The notes: generated from the letters alone by a model not told the origin. Numbered from the stretch's first letter, positions 35,593 to 45,150 are shown. The stretch: 56,095 nucleotides of DNA from a virus (IMGVR_UViG_3300050035_000720:1-56095), one strand, 5' to 3'. Made by a program: numbers and translations.

Positions 35593-36408
35593 TTATTTGG
35601 ATTTGTTTCGGTTTCGCCACTCGGCGATCACCTCGTCGGCGGCCTGGTTGGCGCCTTTTGGATCTGTGTCGTAGTTTGGTATGTCGGGGCCAAACCGTTT
35701 AGTGTTTGCCGATGACCCGTTGCCGCCGGCTGTCGCCGGTTTGCCTGATTTTTCCTGCTCTTGTTTCTTGCCGCCATATGCCGAGATTGTTGCGTCATGT
35801 CTCTTCTGGAGCCGTGCTGCTTCTTTCTCCAAGTCCTCTCCCGGGTTTGCCTTAGCAAAGTTTTGGAGAGCGATTGGATCGGCGTCTGGGTATCGACTAG
35901 CAGCGGTTAACTGCTTTATGCGGACTGCTGTAGTTTTGGCAGGATCTTCTCTGGCTACCGTGTCGGCAACCTGCTTGAGCAATGCGTTTTCGCGCCTGAT
36001 ATACTTGGCGTCGAGCTTTGCGAATGCAGTCTCGAAGTGGACTTGAGCCTCTTCTTTGGTCATGCCTCCAGCGATTTTATCCCAGTACTCTCTCTGAGCA
36101 AGACCATCTTCCTCTGCCTTGCGATCAACGGTGATCTGTCCTATTTGCGCCTGCAGTTGTTTAGTAGTTGTTGTTTTGTTTTGCTCTGATAGGTATTCGG
36201 AAAGCGCATCCATCGTTGTCACGCCTTCGCCGTGCAGCTTTTCTATCAGGTCGCCTAATCCGGACGCCCGGTCAAGGAAAGCTTTTTGCTGTGGTGTGAT
36301 ACTGATGGATGTTTCGGCTGTCGCTTCTGTATTATCCGCTTCAGTTGCTACTGGTGCCGCTTCGGCTGCGGCTGGTTGATGTTGCGTAATCTCTGTTAAG
36401 AGGGGCAT
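35593..36408 (-). CDS. Capsid scaffolding protein
   Basis: Acidic disordered N-terminus, helical body, G/S-rich linker; immediately upstream of the capsid gene. Confidence 0.7.
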   Translation of the reverse strand: MPLLTEITQHQPAAAEAAPVATEADNTEATAETSISITPQQKAFLDRASGLGDLIEKLHGEGVTTMDALSEYLSEQNKTTTTKQLQAQIGQITVDRKAEEDGLAQREYWDKIAGGMTKEEAQVHFETAFAKLDAKYIRRENALLKQVADTVAREDPAKTTAVRIKQLTAASRYPDADPIALQNFAKANPGEDLEKEAARLQKRHDATISAYGGKKQEQEKSGKPATAGGNGSSANTKRFGPDIPNYDTDPKGANQAADEVIAEWRNRNKSK

Positions 36409-36468
36409 GAGTTTTGCTTCTCCTGCTAGGTAAAGGGTCGCTTTTGCTTGCGATCCTTGGAAAGTTGC

Positions 36469-37110
36469 TTACTGTGCGCCGTTGGCAAGTGCGCCAGCAG
36501 CAAAGAGAGGAACTGGATAACCCTGGAAGAACGTGACAGTGATCGCGCCTGACGTTGCGACGTTCGTCACGTTAGCCTCAAAGCCGATCGATCCAGCCGC
36601 TACTGCAATACGGACACCGCCCAAGACGGTGATGCCGTTGATTGGCAGTCCGCCGTTGGACGGCAGCTCCGGGTATGGAGCCTGGCCACTGCCTGTGAAC
36701 TGCAGTGCGGATGTATTGGCGACGTTGAGTGTCGACAAAGGATACTGGACACCTTCGCTATCGGTCGTCTGGAACGTTGAGATCATTCCAAGCGTGCCGG
36801 CGGAAGTGATTGTCACAGCATAGACGCGCTCCTGAACAGTGGTAGCGTTTGGTGTGATATCCCAAAGGCCGGTAAACTGTGCGTTTCCAGTAACCGGGAA
36901 TGCGACCTGTGCCGCTGATGTCGTAGTATAGAGCTGCCCACCGCAGCGATACGTGACAGCGTTAGTCACTTTCAGGCTGGTTGTGGTTGCGCCCTGAGCG
37001 ATGCCGGCGTTACCGAGCGGCTGATTACCGATCAATAGCGCCAGCAGGTCGTGGTCGTTCAGATGTGCCTGACTGAGGACGAGCCCGTTGCCGAATGGTT
37101 TCTGATTCAT
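36469..37110 (-). CDS. Putative head decoration protein
   Basis: Beta-rich A/G/T composition in the head module. Confidence 0.5.
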   Translation of the reverse strand: MNQKPFGNGLVLSQAHLNDHDLLALLIGNQPLGNAGIAQGATTTSLKVTNAVTYRCGGQLYTTTSAAQVAFPVTGNAQFTGLWDITPNATTVQERVYAVTITSAGTLGMISTFQTTDSEGVQYPLSTLNVANTSALQFTGSGQAPYPELPSNGGLPINGITVLGGVRIAVAAGSIGFEANVTNVATSGAITVTFFQGYPVPLFAAGALANGAQ

Positions 37111-37146
37111 AGTGTTTTCACCTACTTTCGAATAATGTGGATTGTC

Positions 37147-37371
37147 TTACTTAGGTTTGTTGCGACGAATGGCTGCCTGAGCTTTTACGCTTGCAGTCGG
37201 ATCGGTCTTAACTGGATGCAGGTATCGCCCGAGATTTTGATGCGGATACTGCTGCGAGTAGTTGGTCTCTTTATCCTGCTTCGTCTTGGCTGTCTTGTTT
37301 TGAGCCTGGTCGGCTGTGCGCTGCAGAACTTGTTCTCGCCTGGAAACTTGTGATAAGTTATCGTTTGCCAT
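37147..37371 (-). CDS. Small basic hypothetical protein
   Basis: Co-oriented ORF filling the gap in the head module. Confidence 0.55.
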   Translation of the reverse strand: MANDNLSQVSRREQVLQRTADQAQNKTAKTKQDKETNYSQQYPHQNLGRYLHPVKTDPTASVKAQAAIRRNKPK

Positions 37372-37391
37372 TTTGTTTTGTACCGGGCATT

Positions 37392-37423
37392 AAAAACCCC
37401 TCAGTCTCGGGAGGACTGAAGGG
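37392..37423 (-). terminator. Intrinsic terminator
   Basis: CCCTTCAGTC/GACTGAGGGG stem plus TTTTT on the - strand. Confidence 0.7.
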
Positions 37424-37442
37424 CAGCGTTGGCACTTGCCAT

Positions 37443-37610
37443 CTATCTATGTCGTGTCGGATCTTCGGATCTTGCCTGATCCCGCTTTTGTCTTACTGGT
37501 GCGAGCGCTGAAGCTTTGCGCTCATTGAGCACAATGCTACCGCCTGGCTGCTTTCGACCGTGATCCTTCGGTTTTGGTACCTGCCGTTCGGCATCGTCGA
37601 TGCTAGACAT
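37443..37610 (-). CDS. 55-aa basic hypothetical protein (not in the ORF track)
   Basis: TAATG overlap with the upstream stop; MSSIDDAERQVPKPKDHGRK... Confidence 0.5.
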   Translation of the reverse strand: MSSIDDAERQVPKPKDHGRKQPGGSIVLNERKASALAPVRQKRDQARSEDPTRHR

Positions 37611-37813
37611 TAGTCTCTCGTGATCTTCGCGCCCATCGTGCTGTTCCAGTCGCCCTGGTGCGACGCAGAACCCGCGCCGGTGCTCCCCACAGTCTTCTTG
37701 CTATCGCCAGGTTTCACAGGTACGGGAGCAGCCTTTACAGCACTCCTGCCCTTACTTAATCCTGATTGCGTACCGCGGCTGTTGGTGCCGCCGTCATCAT
37801 CTGTTCTCATCAT
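37610..37813 (-). CDS. Small G/S/K-rich hypothetical protein
   Basis: Starts 4 bp after the upstream stop; coupled to the next ORF. Confidence 0.55.
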   Translation of the reverse strand: MMRTDDDGGTNSRGTQSGLSKGRSAVKAAPVPVKPGDSKKTVGSTGAGSASHQGDWNSTMGAKITRD

Positions 37814-37817
37814 GTTA

Positions 37818-38297
37818 TCAACTGCCTTTCAGTTTTGCTATGTGACGATCGGCAAGCTCGTCTGGTGTTTCGCCGGGTTGGAGTTTGGTGGAGATTGAGA
37901 GCGGAGTTGCTGCCTCTTGATTAACTGCTATCTCCACAATTGCGTGAAACTGTCCGCCGCAGAAAATGCACATATACATGTTTCGCGCCATATCATGCGA
38001 AAACGTAGCGCCACACTTGGAGCACTTCACGCGAGTATCGGTCGCAGGCTTTCGGGTCGACAATTCTTTGACTGCAGCGATTATAGAGTCTCCGCTAATC
38101 CTGACGTGCTTGGTGGTAGCAGAGCCAGTCATGGCATCCTGAACGTCCTGTGCTTGCTCGACAAACTTGTCGATGTCCCAGTTCTGGTTTGACTTGATTG
38201 TCACATGTCCGGGAGTTGCTTCAATGTGAAGATCCGGATTGTCCATTACGACTTTGTTGGGGATATCGTATTGCTCAGTTGAAATTTCGTTAGTCAT
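37818..38297 (-). CDS. Zinc-ribbon hypothetical protein
   Basis: CSKC...CIFC; RBS GGGAGG. Confidence 0.65.
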   Translation of the reverse strand: MTNEISTEQYDIPNKVVMDNPDLHIEATPGHVTIKSNQNWDIDKFVEQAQDVQDAMTGSATTKHVRISGDSIIAAVKELSTRKPATDTRVKCSKCGATFSHDMARNMYMCIFCGGQFHAIVEIAVNQEAATPLSISTKLQPGETPDELADRHIAKLKGS

Positions 38298-38299
38298 AA

Positions 38300-40924
38300 T
38301 TACTGCCCTCCCGAGGCAGTATTATCGTCACTATCAGTGGCCCCCGGTTGGGCCTGCTCTGCTTGCTCTTGTTCTTGCTCCATTTGTTGCTGTTGTAGCT
38401 GTTGAGACTGTTGTGCCTGATTGTCGACCTGCTGCTGCTTTATCGCATTGGCATGAGCCGGGGCAGCGGTTGCAAGGATGTTTGCCTGATGCTCCATCTC
38501 GGCAGCTGCAGGCGATGGGCTCACGCCGAACGTTTCCTGCTCGTATGCTGCCTGGGCCTGCGGAGAAAGCGTGACGGAAGCGGTAATACGGTTATTGAGG
38601 TGTTCGAGCATTGCCTGAGCACTTGCCAGTTCACGCTGCATTTCCGCAATTTCTTTGTTCGCCTCCAGTTGAGAGTTGATCTTGTCCTGCTCGATCTGGC
38701 CCTTGATCTGCGCCAGCTGCGAGTCTGCAGCGAGTTTCGTCTGTGCTTTGTGATCCTCAAACTGCGCCTTGAGCTGTTCCATAGCCATCTGATGATCTTG
38801 ATCTGACTGCTGTTGAGCTGCAGGATTCGGAGCAGTGGCCATCTGAAGCAACATATTTTTGTATGCTGCGTCTTCCATCATCTCCACAATCTCATCGCCA
38901 CCTGCAAACTCTAATGCGGCAAGTACAATCTGTGCGGTCGACGGCATGTTCACGGGCCCAAACAATCCTGCTTTGTAAAGCTCGATAACTTCGGCCCTGG
39001 CGGCTACTGGGTCTCTCGCAAGTGCAGAGCCTGGCGTAATAACGAGGTGGCAGCTTCCGCCGGCGGCTAGTGCCTTGAAAGATTGCGCTCGCTTCAAAGC
39101 TGAAGGTGGAGCGTCCGGCGCCTGCGGAGATGGAGTGGCAGGCTGAGGCTGTCCTGGTTGACCAGGCTGCTGTGTCTGTCCTTGCTGCTGGCCAGTTGGC
39201 TTCAGTCCAAGCTTCTTTGCCGGGTCGCCAAAGTATCCTTGACTGACGAACATCATCCGCTCTTCAGTGTAATTGCGGCCGCACACATGGAGCTCAAGAG
39301 CTGCGCGGTGAGCGTGATAATGCTCAATGTTCGATGCCCGTTCAGCACCCATCAGCTCATCGAGAGCCGCCAGTGCCATGATCGCCTGGGCTGCAGTTAC
39401 GCCAGTCGGAACGTTTCCCTCTGACGTTTCATGGAGTCCGGAGATGTCGTCGATGTAGCCCTCTTCGACTTTGAGTATGTCGAACATCCACGCTGGTGCT
39501 TCAGCGGCTTTTAATATCTCAGGGAACTGTGCGCCTTGAGTGACTGCGATCTTTTCGTTCGGCTTGGCCATATCGAACGAGTCTATCGGAATAGACATGG
39601 CCTCAAATACGAGTTTGCCCCAGCTGGTGTTGCGGTGCTCTTCGAGCCGGCTGATCGTGTTATTGATTGAACGCTGCGACGGTATAAGATCCTGAACGGC
39701 TGATAGTGGATAGAGCGATCCCAGTTGCTCTTCTTCCATCATCAGACTGATCGGAAACCTGATACCTTGAGCTGATAATTGCTTGGCATCCATCCCAGGC
39801 CAACACTGATCGTCTGCCAGCAATACATTGTTCGACATGACTACATGGCGGCCATTCGGGCAAAAATCAGGATCGACAGGGAACCATAGTTCCCAAACCT
39901 CAGCGCAATTTTTTTTGTTCGGCCCTGGCTCGGCACCTCGCACATATTCGCCTACCACGGAGGCCATGCGGCTTTCCACGGTGGCAGCAATACCAGTGCC
40001 GGCATTTGGTCTTACAGCAGGTCCCCACTCGGGATACATTGCTCGAATGTCGGCAAGCGTTCGGACTTTCCGAATGCCTATCCAACCAAGCTCTTCTTCT
40101 TCCCGAGCCTGTGGATCGAGAAGCAAATCAGGGAACGGAACGATCATCTGCTTCATGCAGCCTGCGCGCTTCATGACCGAACCGATCAGGATCGGGTTCC
40201 CCTGCTCGTCATAAACGAGTGGACTGTTTTCGTCATTCGGATCTTCGTGCTGGTAGTTTGGCACCTCAGCCCAGCCGCGCGGATCATGGTATGTGAGAAG
40301 TCCACAAATACCAGTAACCATAGACCATTTGCCGACCTTTTTGGTCTGTCGGTCTCGCTTTACACGGTGGTCATTGTCAGATAGGATTCCCCTGCCCTCT
40401 TCGGCTGCAGCTTTGTCGATGTCGCTATCGCTGGAGGCTTTGACACTGGCATCTGGCTTGTGGCTGTAGGCCTTGGCATGCAAACGTTTGATCTTTGGGC
40501 GGATCAGCGGCCTGGTCGTGCGCACGGCCCAGGTCGAGCCCTGGCCCCCGCTGAACTGCAGCGTACGCATCTGGTAGTTGTAGCGAAGCAACTGCATGCC
40601 TGAGTACATCGCGAGACATTCAAACACGCGCGGCTCGACAACTCGGCGATAATTCAACGCCCCAGTAACCAGTCGCGTGATCTCATTAATCGTGTTCGAC
40701 TGCAGGCTGTCAGGATTGAACTCTTTGTAATCGTAATCGTCCGGCCCAACTTCGAGCCCGGCATTGTCGGGATCATTGAGACGTAGATTTCGCGCCATCT
40801 CTCGGGCAGGAATATCCTGCTTGCGGATGGTATGCTCTGTAACGCCCTCTTTAGGACTGCGGCGCCATCGGCGCTTTGCCTCTTCAGGCAAGCGAGCAAC
40901 TATGTGGTCAATGAGTCCTGGCAT
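38300..40924 (-). CDS. Portal protein (P22-like, long C-terminal coiled coil)
   Basis: 874 aa between TerL and scaffold; LLLDPQAR, DLIPSQRSIN, IDDISGLHETSEG; Q/A-rich C-terminal helix. Confidence 0.85.
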   Translation of the reverse strand: MPGLIDHIVARLPEEAKRRWRRSPKEGVTEHTIRKQDIPAREMARNLRLNDPDNAGLEVGPDDYDYKEFNPDSLQSNTINEITRLVTGALNYRRVVEPRVFECLAMYSGMQLLRYNYQMRTLQFSGGQGSTWAVRTTRPLIRPKIKRLHAKAYSHKPDASVKASSDSDIDKAAAEEGRGILSDNDHRVKRDRQTKKVGKWSMVTGICGLLTYHDPRGWAEVPNYQHEDPNDENSPLVYDEQGNPILIGSVMKRAGCMKQMIVPFPDLLLDPQAREEEELGWIGIRKVRTLADIRAMYPEWGPAVRPNAGTGIAATVESRMASVVGEYVRGAEPGPNKKNCAEVWELWFPVDPDFCPNGRHVVMSNNVLLADDQCWPGMDAKQLSAQGIRFPISLMMEEEQLGSLYPLSAVQDLIPSQRSINNTISRLEEHRNTSWGKLVFEAMSIPIDSFDMAKPNEKIAVTQGAQFPEILKAAEAPAWMFDILKVEEGYIDDISGLHETSEGNVPTGVTAAQAIMALAALDELMGAERASNIEHYHAHRAALELHVCGRNYTEERMMFVSQGYFGDPAKKLGLKPTGQQQGQTQQPGQPGQPQPATPSPQAPDAPPSALKRAQSFKALAAGGSCHLVITPGSALARDPVAARAEVIELYKAGLFGPVNMPSTAQIVLAALEFAGGDEIVEMMEDAAYKNMLLQMATAPNPAAQQQSDQDHQMAMEQLKAQFEDHKAQTKLAADSQLAQIKGQIEQDKINSQLEANKEIAEMQRELASAQAMLEHLNNRITASVTLSPQAQAAYEQETFGVSPSPAAAEMEHQANILATAAPAHANAIKQQQVDNQAQQSQQLQQQQMEQEQEQAEQAQPGATDSDDNTASGGQ

Positions 40925-40927
40925 TTA

Positions 40928-41347
40928 TTAGGAAGCCTGTCCAGCAGCAGGATTAGCAGCAGCAGCGAGTTTGTCGGCATCAGCAATACCGGAAGTTGGC
41001 GGAGCAACGAAAACTGCAGCAGGAGTCACCGGAATGGCGGCTGCAGCAGGAACGGAAGCATTGGCGACTGCGGTAAGTGCGGCCGCCAGCTCTTGGCCGT
41101 ATCCAGCATAAGCATTGCGAAGCGCCAGAATGTCATCAGCCATTGACGATAACTTTTCGCCGCCTTGGATGATGTCAGTGGCAACGTCGGAGTAGATCAC
41201 ACTGGTTAGCGTGTTGTGCTGGTGCGTCTGCGGATCCTGATAAGTGTAGACTGCATGACTGACGACAACAAGCCCGGCATCATGCGCGGAATCCAGCCCT
41301 GCCTGCAGGTCAGCTCGATTAGTATACTCTTCGGTGGTGTAGCTCAA
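40928..41347 (-). CDS. Hypothetical protein with Ala-rich C-terminus
   Basis: Coupled ORF between TerL and portal. Confidence 0.6.
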   Translation of the reverse strand: MSYTTEEYTNRADLQAGLDSAHDAGLVVVSHAVYTYQDPQTHQHNTLTSVIYSDVATDIIQGGEKLSSMADDILALRNAYAGYGQELAAALTAVANASVPAAAAIPVTPAAVFVAPPTSGIADADKLAAAANPAAGQAS

Positions 41348-41808
41348 AATATTCTCCCTTTTTGCTTGCGAGCTTTAGGTGCCACAAGCGCATGCTTGTC
41401 CTCGTCTCGGCGATTGTCTTGCTGCATGACTGGGTCGATGGAGCCGGATTTGACTCTAGCGGAAGCGTCGAAGATCAACTGAGCGACGTGCCGGCGCTTG
41501 ATGGCAATGCGGTGTGCTTGTCCGTCCATCAGGAATCTATCGCGTGACTCAACGGTTGGATACCTCTTCTTGGGCAGCGCAAAATAGAGGGTGACGAACG
41601 GTGATAAACCGTACAGCGGCCCGGGCACTTGATCGAAATTCAGTGTGTTTGGATCCCAGCCTTTGTCTATCAGCATCTGCAGCCACGCAGTGAACGCTTC
41701 GTCTCGACGCTGCACAAGCATGCCAAGTTCCCTGTTAGCTGCCAGAACTTCTGAAAGCGGAGCCCCAGGCATTGCAGACTTGGGTATGAATGATCCATCA
41801 TTGCTCAT
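41344..41808 (-). CDS. Hypothetical protein
   Basis: Overlapping operon gene. Confidence 0.65.
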   Translation of the reverse strand: MSNDGSFIPKSAMPGAPLSEVLAANRELGMLVQRRDEAFTAWLQMLIDKGWDPNTLNFDQVPGPLYGLSPFVTLYFALPKKRYPTVESRDRFLMDGQAHRIAIKRRHVAQLIFDASARVKSGSIDPVMQQDNRRDEDKHALVAPKARKQKGRIF

Positions 41809-42169
41809 ATTGCACTACACTCCCATCATTCTCAATGCCGTACGTGTCATCGTCTGGATCCCAGTTAAAATCTTTTCTCATCTGAGCTCGAAATTCTGCG
41901 TTGTGCCTTAGATCGACTTCAGCTTGTATCTGTGCTTGCTCTTTGGTAAGTTGCTGTTGACTAGGCCCCATCACTGCTTTGGTCAGCCCAATGCCCGGAT
42001 TTGGGCTCGCAGGAGCCACGGACAGCGGCTGTTTTTCGTTTCGTGGATTGTATGTCACAGGCTGCGGAGCGTCGGCGATCTTACGAAGCATCCACAGCAG
42101 AATACTTGCGGCGGTGGTCGACCCGCCAAGAGTGAACCATAGAGCACAGTCTAAAATGCGGGCTATCAT
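41798..42169 (-). CDS. Hypothetical protein with N-terminal TM helix
   Basis: ILDCALWFTLGGSTTAASILLWML; ATGA overlap. Confidence 0.6.
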   Translation of the reverse strand: MIARILDCALWFTLGGSTTAASILLWMLRKIADAPQPVTYNPRNEKQPLSVAPASPNPGIGLTKAVMGPSQQQLTKEQAQIQAEVDLRHNAEFRAQMRKDFNWDPDDDTYGIENDGSVVQYEQ

Positions 42170-42399
42170 TCTGGGTCCTCGCGTTTAGAAATAGTTTCAG
42201 GCGGCAGGAAACAAATCTCATCGCACTCGACATCTTCGACGATAGCCACCCACTGAATATTTTCAGAGTCTATAATGCGAACAATTGTGTGTGACAAACG
42301 GAAATCATGTGACATGCTATCGAATTCAATTCTCAGGTACTTCTCAACGTCAATATCGTGGCGTTGCCTTGCACGCAATAACCCGTCTTCTCTGCTCAT
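42166..42399 (-). CDS. Hypothetical protein
   Basis: RBS GGGAGG before ATG 42399. Confidence 0.55.
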   Translation of the reverse strand: MSREDGLLRARQRHDIDVEKYLRIEFDSMSHDFRLSHTIVRIIDSENIQWVAIVEDVECDEICFLPPETISKREDPE

Positions 42400-42425
42400 A
42401 ATAACGCCCTCCCGAGGCGCTGCGC

Positions 42426-44144
42426 TTATCCCCAATGCGCCAGCTCGTGCTCCGAGACTGCGCCGGGATCATAGCTGTCTGCTTGCTTTTCAGGATTCTG
42501 CAGGTAGTACGGCAGCTCTTCTTCCGGAATGTTGACGATCTTGCGTCCGTCGAACTCTAAGCCGGTGTCGTTTGGATCACCGGGGTCTTCAGCTGGATTC
42601 GGTCTTGTCGAAAGCATATTGCCAATAGCTACAACGATATGGCTGAACTTGTCATGCAACACCATTTCGCGCTTAGTAGGATCATGTCGCGCACCCTCTA
42701 GGCCTTCCTTGGCAGCTGAATTGAAACCTCGATAAATCTTGAACTTACCGGGAACGCGAAGGAACGCGCGGATCTGGTTATTTCTATGCTGGATCGAGAC
42801 TATGGCATTGCTCGCCTTAACACAACGCAGTCCTGCTCTTTGGAAATCAGCAATGTCAGGTTCGGCTTTGACTCCGTTGATAGTCTTTTGTGACCACATC
42901 GACTCATCACAAACGAGAATAAACTTGTCTTTTGGGATGCTCCACCACGCTAGCCCCTCACAAACTAATTCAGCCTGTTCAGCATTACTCAGCCTTGATT
43001 GTTCGTGGGAGCAAAGGCAATGCACCGCGCCGGTTTCGTCCACGCAGCCAACAGTAAATGCATATGGATCGGCGTAGCCCCAGTCGAGACCTCCGACAAA
43101 CGTGTACCACCTTGGGGGTGGCTGCTCCCGTGTAAAAATTGGAGTTATACAATGCTGATCCTCAATAAACGTATCGAAGAATGCTTTGCCGGTAACACGA
43201 AACGCCTCTTCGTCGTCGCTCGGGTATTCTTGCGGGAACATGGCGCCCATACCCGGTTCGGCAATCTTGTTACGGCGCCATTGAAGCTGGCCATTCATCA
43301 GCGAGTGCTGCGCCTGCAGTACAAGTTCTTCCTCAGTTGCAGTAAAGCCTGGCCCTGGCTCAGCAGTGTACTCCGGATGCCAATGCCACGGGTAGAAATG
43401 AGCGTTGAATACGCTTTTTGTTCTGCCGTCTTCGGTTTGTTTCAGCTTACCTGTGGCCAACTGGTACTCTTCGTAGAACTGGTTACCTCGCCCGTTAGCT
43501 GTTGTCTCGCCGAAAACGTTACCCGTTGTCGGTATCGCCTGCAGCAGTCCGGTGAGTACATCCTCGTTATCCCAGAACGCCCACTCCGACATGTGTAGGT
43601 TGTTGATTGTATCGCCGCGGCCTGCTGTCCCCTTGCCGGCGGTCATAATCGAAACACGACTGTTTATCGAAGGCCAGTAGATCTCACGTTTGGACGCGTA
43701 CTGTGTTTCCGGCTTGCCTTCCGGTAGAAAATCATAAAAGCGTGACTGCATACGGAATAGCTTTTCAGCCGATTCCAGGTCGTGCGCCATAATGATCGTG
43801 TTTGTGTTTCGATTGTTAATCGTGTCTAGAAATAACAAACCGCCGATCAGGGTAGAAAAACCGAACTGCCTTGCCTTCAGTGTTAGGTCTCGAAGTGACG
43901 CGAGTCTTACACCGTCTTCATAGCCAATGTCATCCAGGAACATACGCTGGATCGCATTAAGCTGGAACCGAACAACTGTACGTTCTTTGGTCTGGATGTA
44001 GAGGTCAGCAAGTCCGTAAACTCTCGTTACTTCGCATTCCGCCAGGCCCCTACGCTGCGCCTGCGTGTATAGCTCCTCGAATAGATCGACGTGCGGCAAG
44101 TTTTTCGAGGATTTTCTTTCTGCTGCCCGGTTCGCATTCATCAA
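42426..44144 (-). CDS. terL: Terminase large subunit
   Basis: Walker A LKARQFGFST, Walker B LHMSEWAFW, ETTANG coupling motif, FPQEYP, RNase H-like GGLDWGYADP; exact start uncertain. Confidence 0.93.
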   Translation of the reverse strand: MMNANRAAERKSSKNLPHVDLFEELYTQAQRRGLAECEVTRVYGLADLYIQTKERTVVRFQLNAIQRMFLDDIGYEDGVRLASLRDLTLKARQFGFSTLIGGLLFLDTINNRNTNTIIMAHDLESAEKLFRMQSRFYDFLPEGKPETQYASKREIYWPSINSRVSIMTAGKGTAGRGDTINNLHMSEWAFWDNEDVLTGLLQAIPTTGNVFGETTANGRGNQFYEEYQLATGKLKQTEDGRTKSVFNAHFYPWHWHPEYTAEPGPGFTATEEELVLQAQHSLMNGQLQWRRNKIAEPGMGAMFPQEYPSDDEEAFRVTGKAFFDTFIEDQHCITPIFTREQPPPRWYTFVGGLDWGYADPYAFTVGCVDETGAVHCLCSHEQSRLSNAEQAELVCEGLAWWSIPKDKFILVCDESMWSQKTINGVKAEPDIADFQRAGLRCVKASNAIVSIQHRNNQIRAFLRVPGKFKIYRGFNSAAKEGLEGARHDPTKREMVLHDKFSHIVVAIGNMLSTRPNPAEDPGDPNDTGLEFDGRKIVNIPEEELPYYLQNPEKQADSYDPGAVSEHELAHWG

Positions 44145-44526
44145 GTATGTTCATAACCTCGTCCATGAACGCCTGAGTCTCCTGGATGTTATAAAGCGTC
44201 TCCATCACATTCATCGCGAACTCTAAATGCTTGCGGATCTCGGTAATGGTGGCCCTTTTGTCGCCCGGCAAGTGACAATCTTCGAGCAGGGTTAATGCGC
44301 GTTTGTAATTATCTTCGGCCGCCTGCTTTGTGTCCCACATGGAGGCATATGCAGCTTGGGCAGCAGCTGGGGCAGCAGCTACAATTACGGCAGATGATGT
44401 AAGTTTCTTAATACGCTGGTTGACCGCACTACGGCTAACGCCCGATATTTCAGCAATGGCAGTTGGACCAAAGCCTTTATTAATTAGGTCCTGTAGCTCT
44501 TCATCTGTGAGTTTCTTAGGTCGCAT
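44050..44526 (-). CDS. Terminase small subunit (N-terminal HTH)
   Basis: GFGPTAIAEISGVSRSAVNQRIKK HTH plus helical C-terminus; immediately upstream of and overlapping terL. Confidence 0.75.
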   Translation of the reverse strand: MRPKKLTDEELQDLINKGFGPTAIAEISGVSRSAVNQRIKKLTSSAVIVAAAPAAAQAAYASMWDTKQAAEDNYKRALTLLEDCHLPGDKRATITEIRKHLEFAMNVMETLYNIQETQAFMDEVMNILDECEPGSRKKILEKLAARRSIRGAIHAGAA

Positions 44527-44571
44527 GTTGGTAAGTGTACAGACTGTACAGCTGTACAGTACAGTGCACAG

Positions 44572-44949
44572 TTAAGCAGCTCGACCGAGTTGTGTGCGCT
44601 CGGAGTAATACCCATACTTAGAGCGGTAAAGATTCTCGGTCTCTAGGTCACACGGTATACGGCCATGCTCGTCTCGCTTTTTAACGTGTCCCTGGCTATC
44701 TCGTGCAGCAATAGCGTTAATCGCTTCGCTGGCAGCTTCCGGCACTAAGCGGAATGTGACACCAGTTAAACAAGCAACTACTTTGCGTAGAGACACAATT
44801 GATTCGCGGCGGCAGAAATCAAGACGGTCATCGTTACTCATGACTGCCCAGGCTGTTGGAGCGTGGAACTTGATGTATCTGGCAACTTCGAGCCGTTCCC
44901 GTTTACGCTGCAAATACTGCCGGAAGTTTCTTCGCTCTTGCTTGGTCAT
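44572..44949 (-). CDS. Basic hypothetical protein, first gene of the late operon
   Basis: RBS GGAGG before ATG 44949. Confidence 0.65.
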   Translation of the reverse strand: MTKQERRNFRQYLQRKRERLEVARYIKFHAPTAWAVMSNDDRLDFCRRESIVSLRKVVACLTGVTFRLVPEAASEAINAIAARDSQGHVKKRDEHGRIPCDLETENLYRSKYGYYSERTQLGRAA

Positions 44950-44961
44950 GGGTGCCTCCAC

Positions 44962-44999
44962 AAAAAAAATAGAGCCCAAAACAGCATCGTTTTGGGCTC
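44962..44999 (-). terminator. Strong intrinsic terminator in the late leader
   Basis: 11-bp stem GAGCCCAAAAC/GTTTTGGGCTC followed by TA and T8. Confidence 0.8.
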
Positions 45000-45072
45000 C
45001 AGGACTACAACGCCATCCCATGGGCTATTTAAAAGCTCCGCAGCCGGGAAGGACTGCGGGTTGCTTGTTATA

Positions 45073-45101
45073 ATGCTACCACTCTACCAAACAGCCGTCA
45101 A
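45073..45101 (-). promoter_or_regulatory. Sigma70-type late promoter
   Basis: TTGACG-17 bp-TAGCAT with TG extension, pointing at the terminase operon. Confidence 0.6.
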
Positions 45102-45150
45102 GAGGTGGTCAGACCTACCAATTTTGCATCTACAACGTGGTAAAATTAGC

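Noticed and set aside
44050-44144. Programmed frameshift fusing TerS and TerL
   Set aside because: The overlap is explained by in-frame ATG/TTG starts, and terS/terL overlaps are common; no convincing slippery site with downstream structure.
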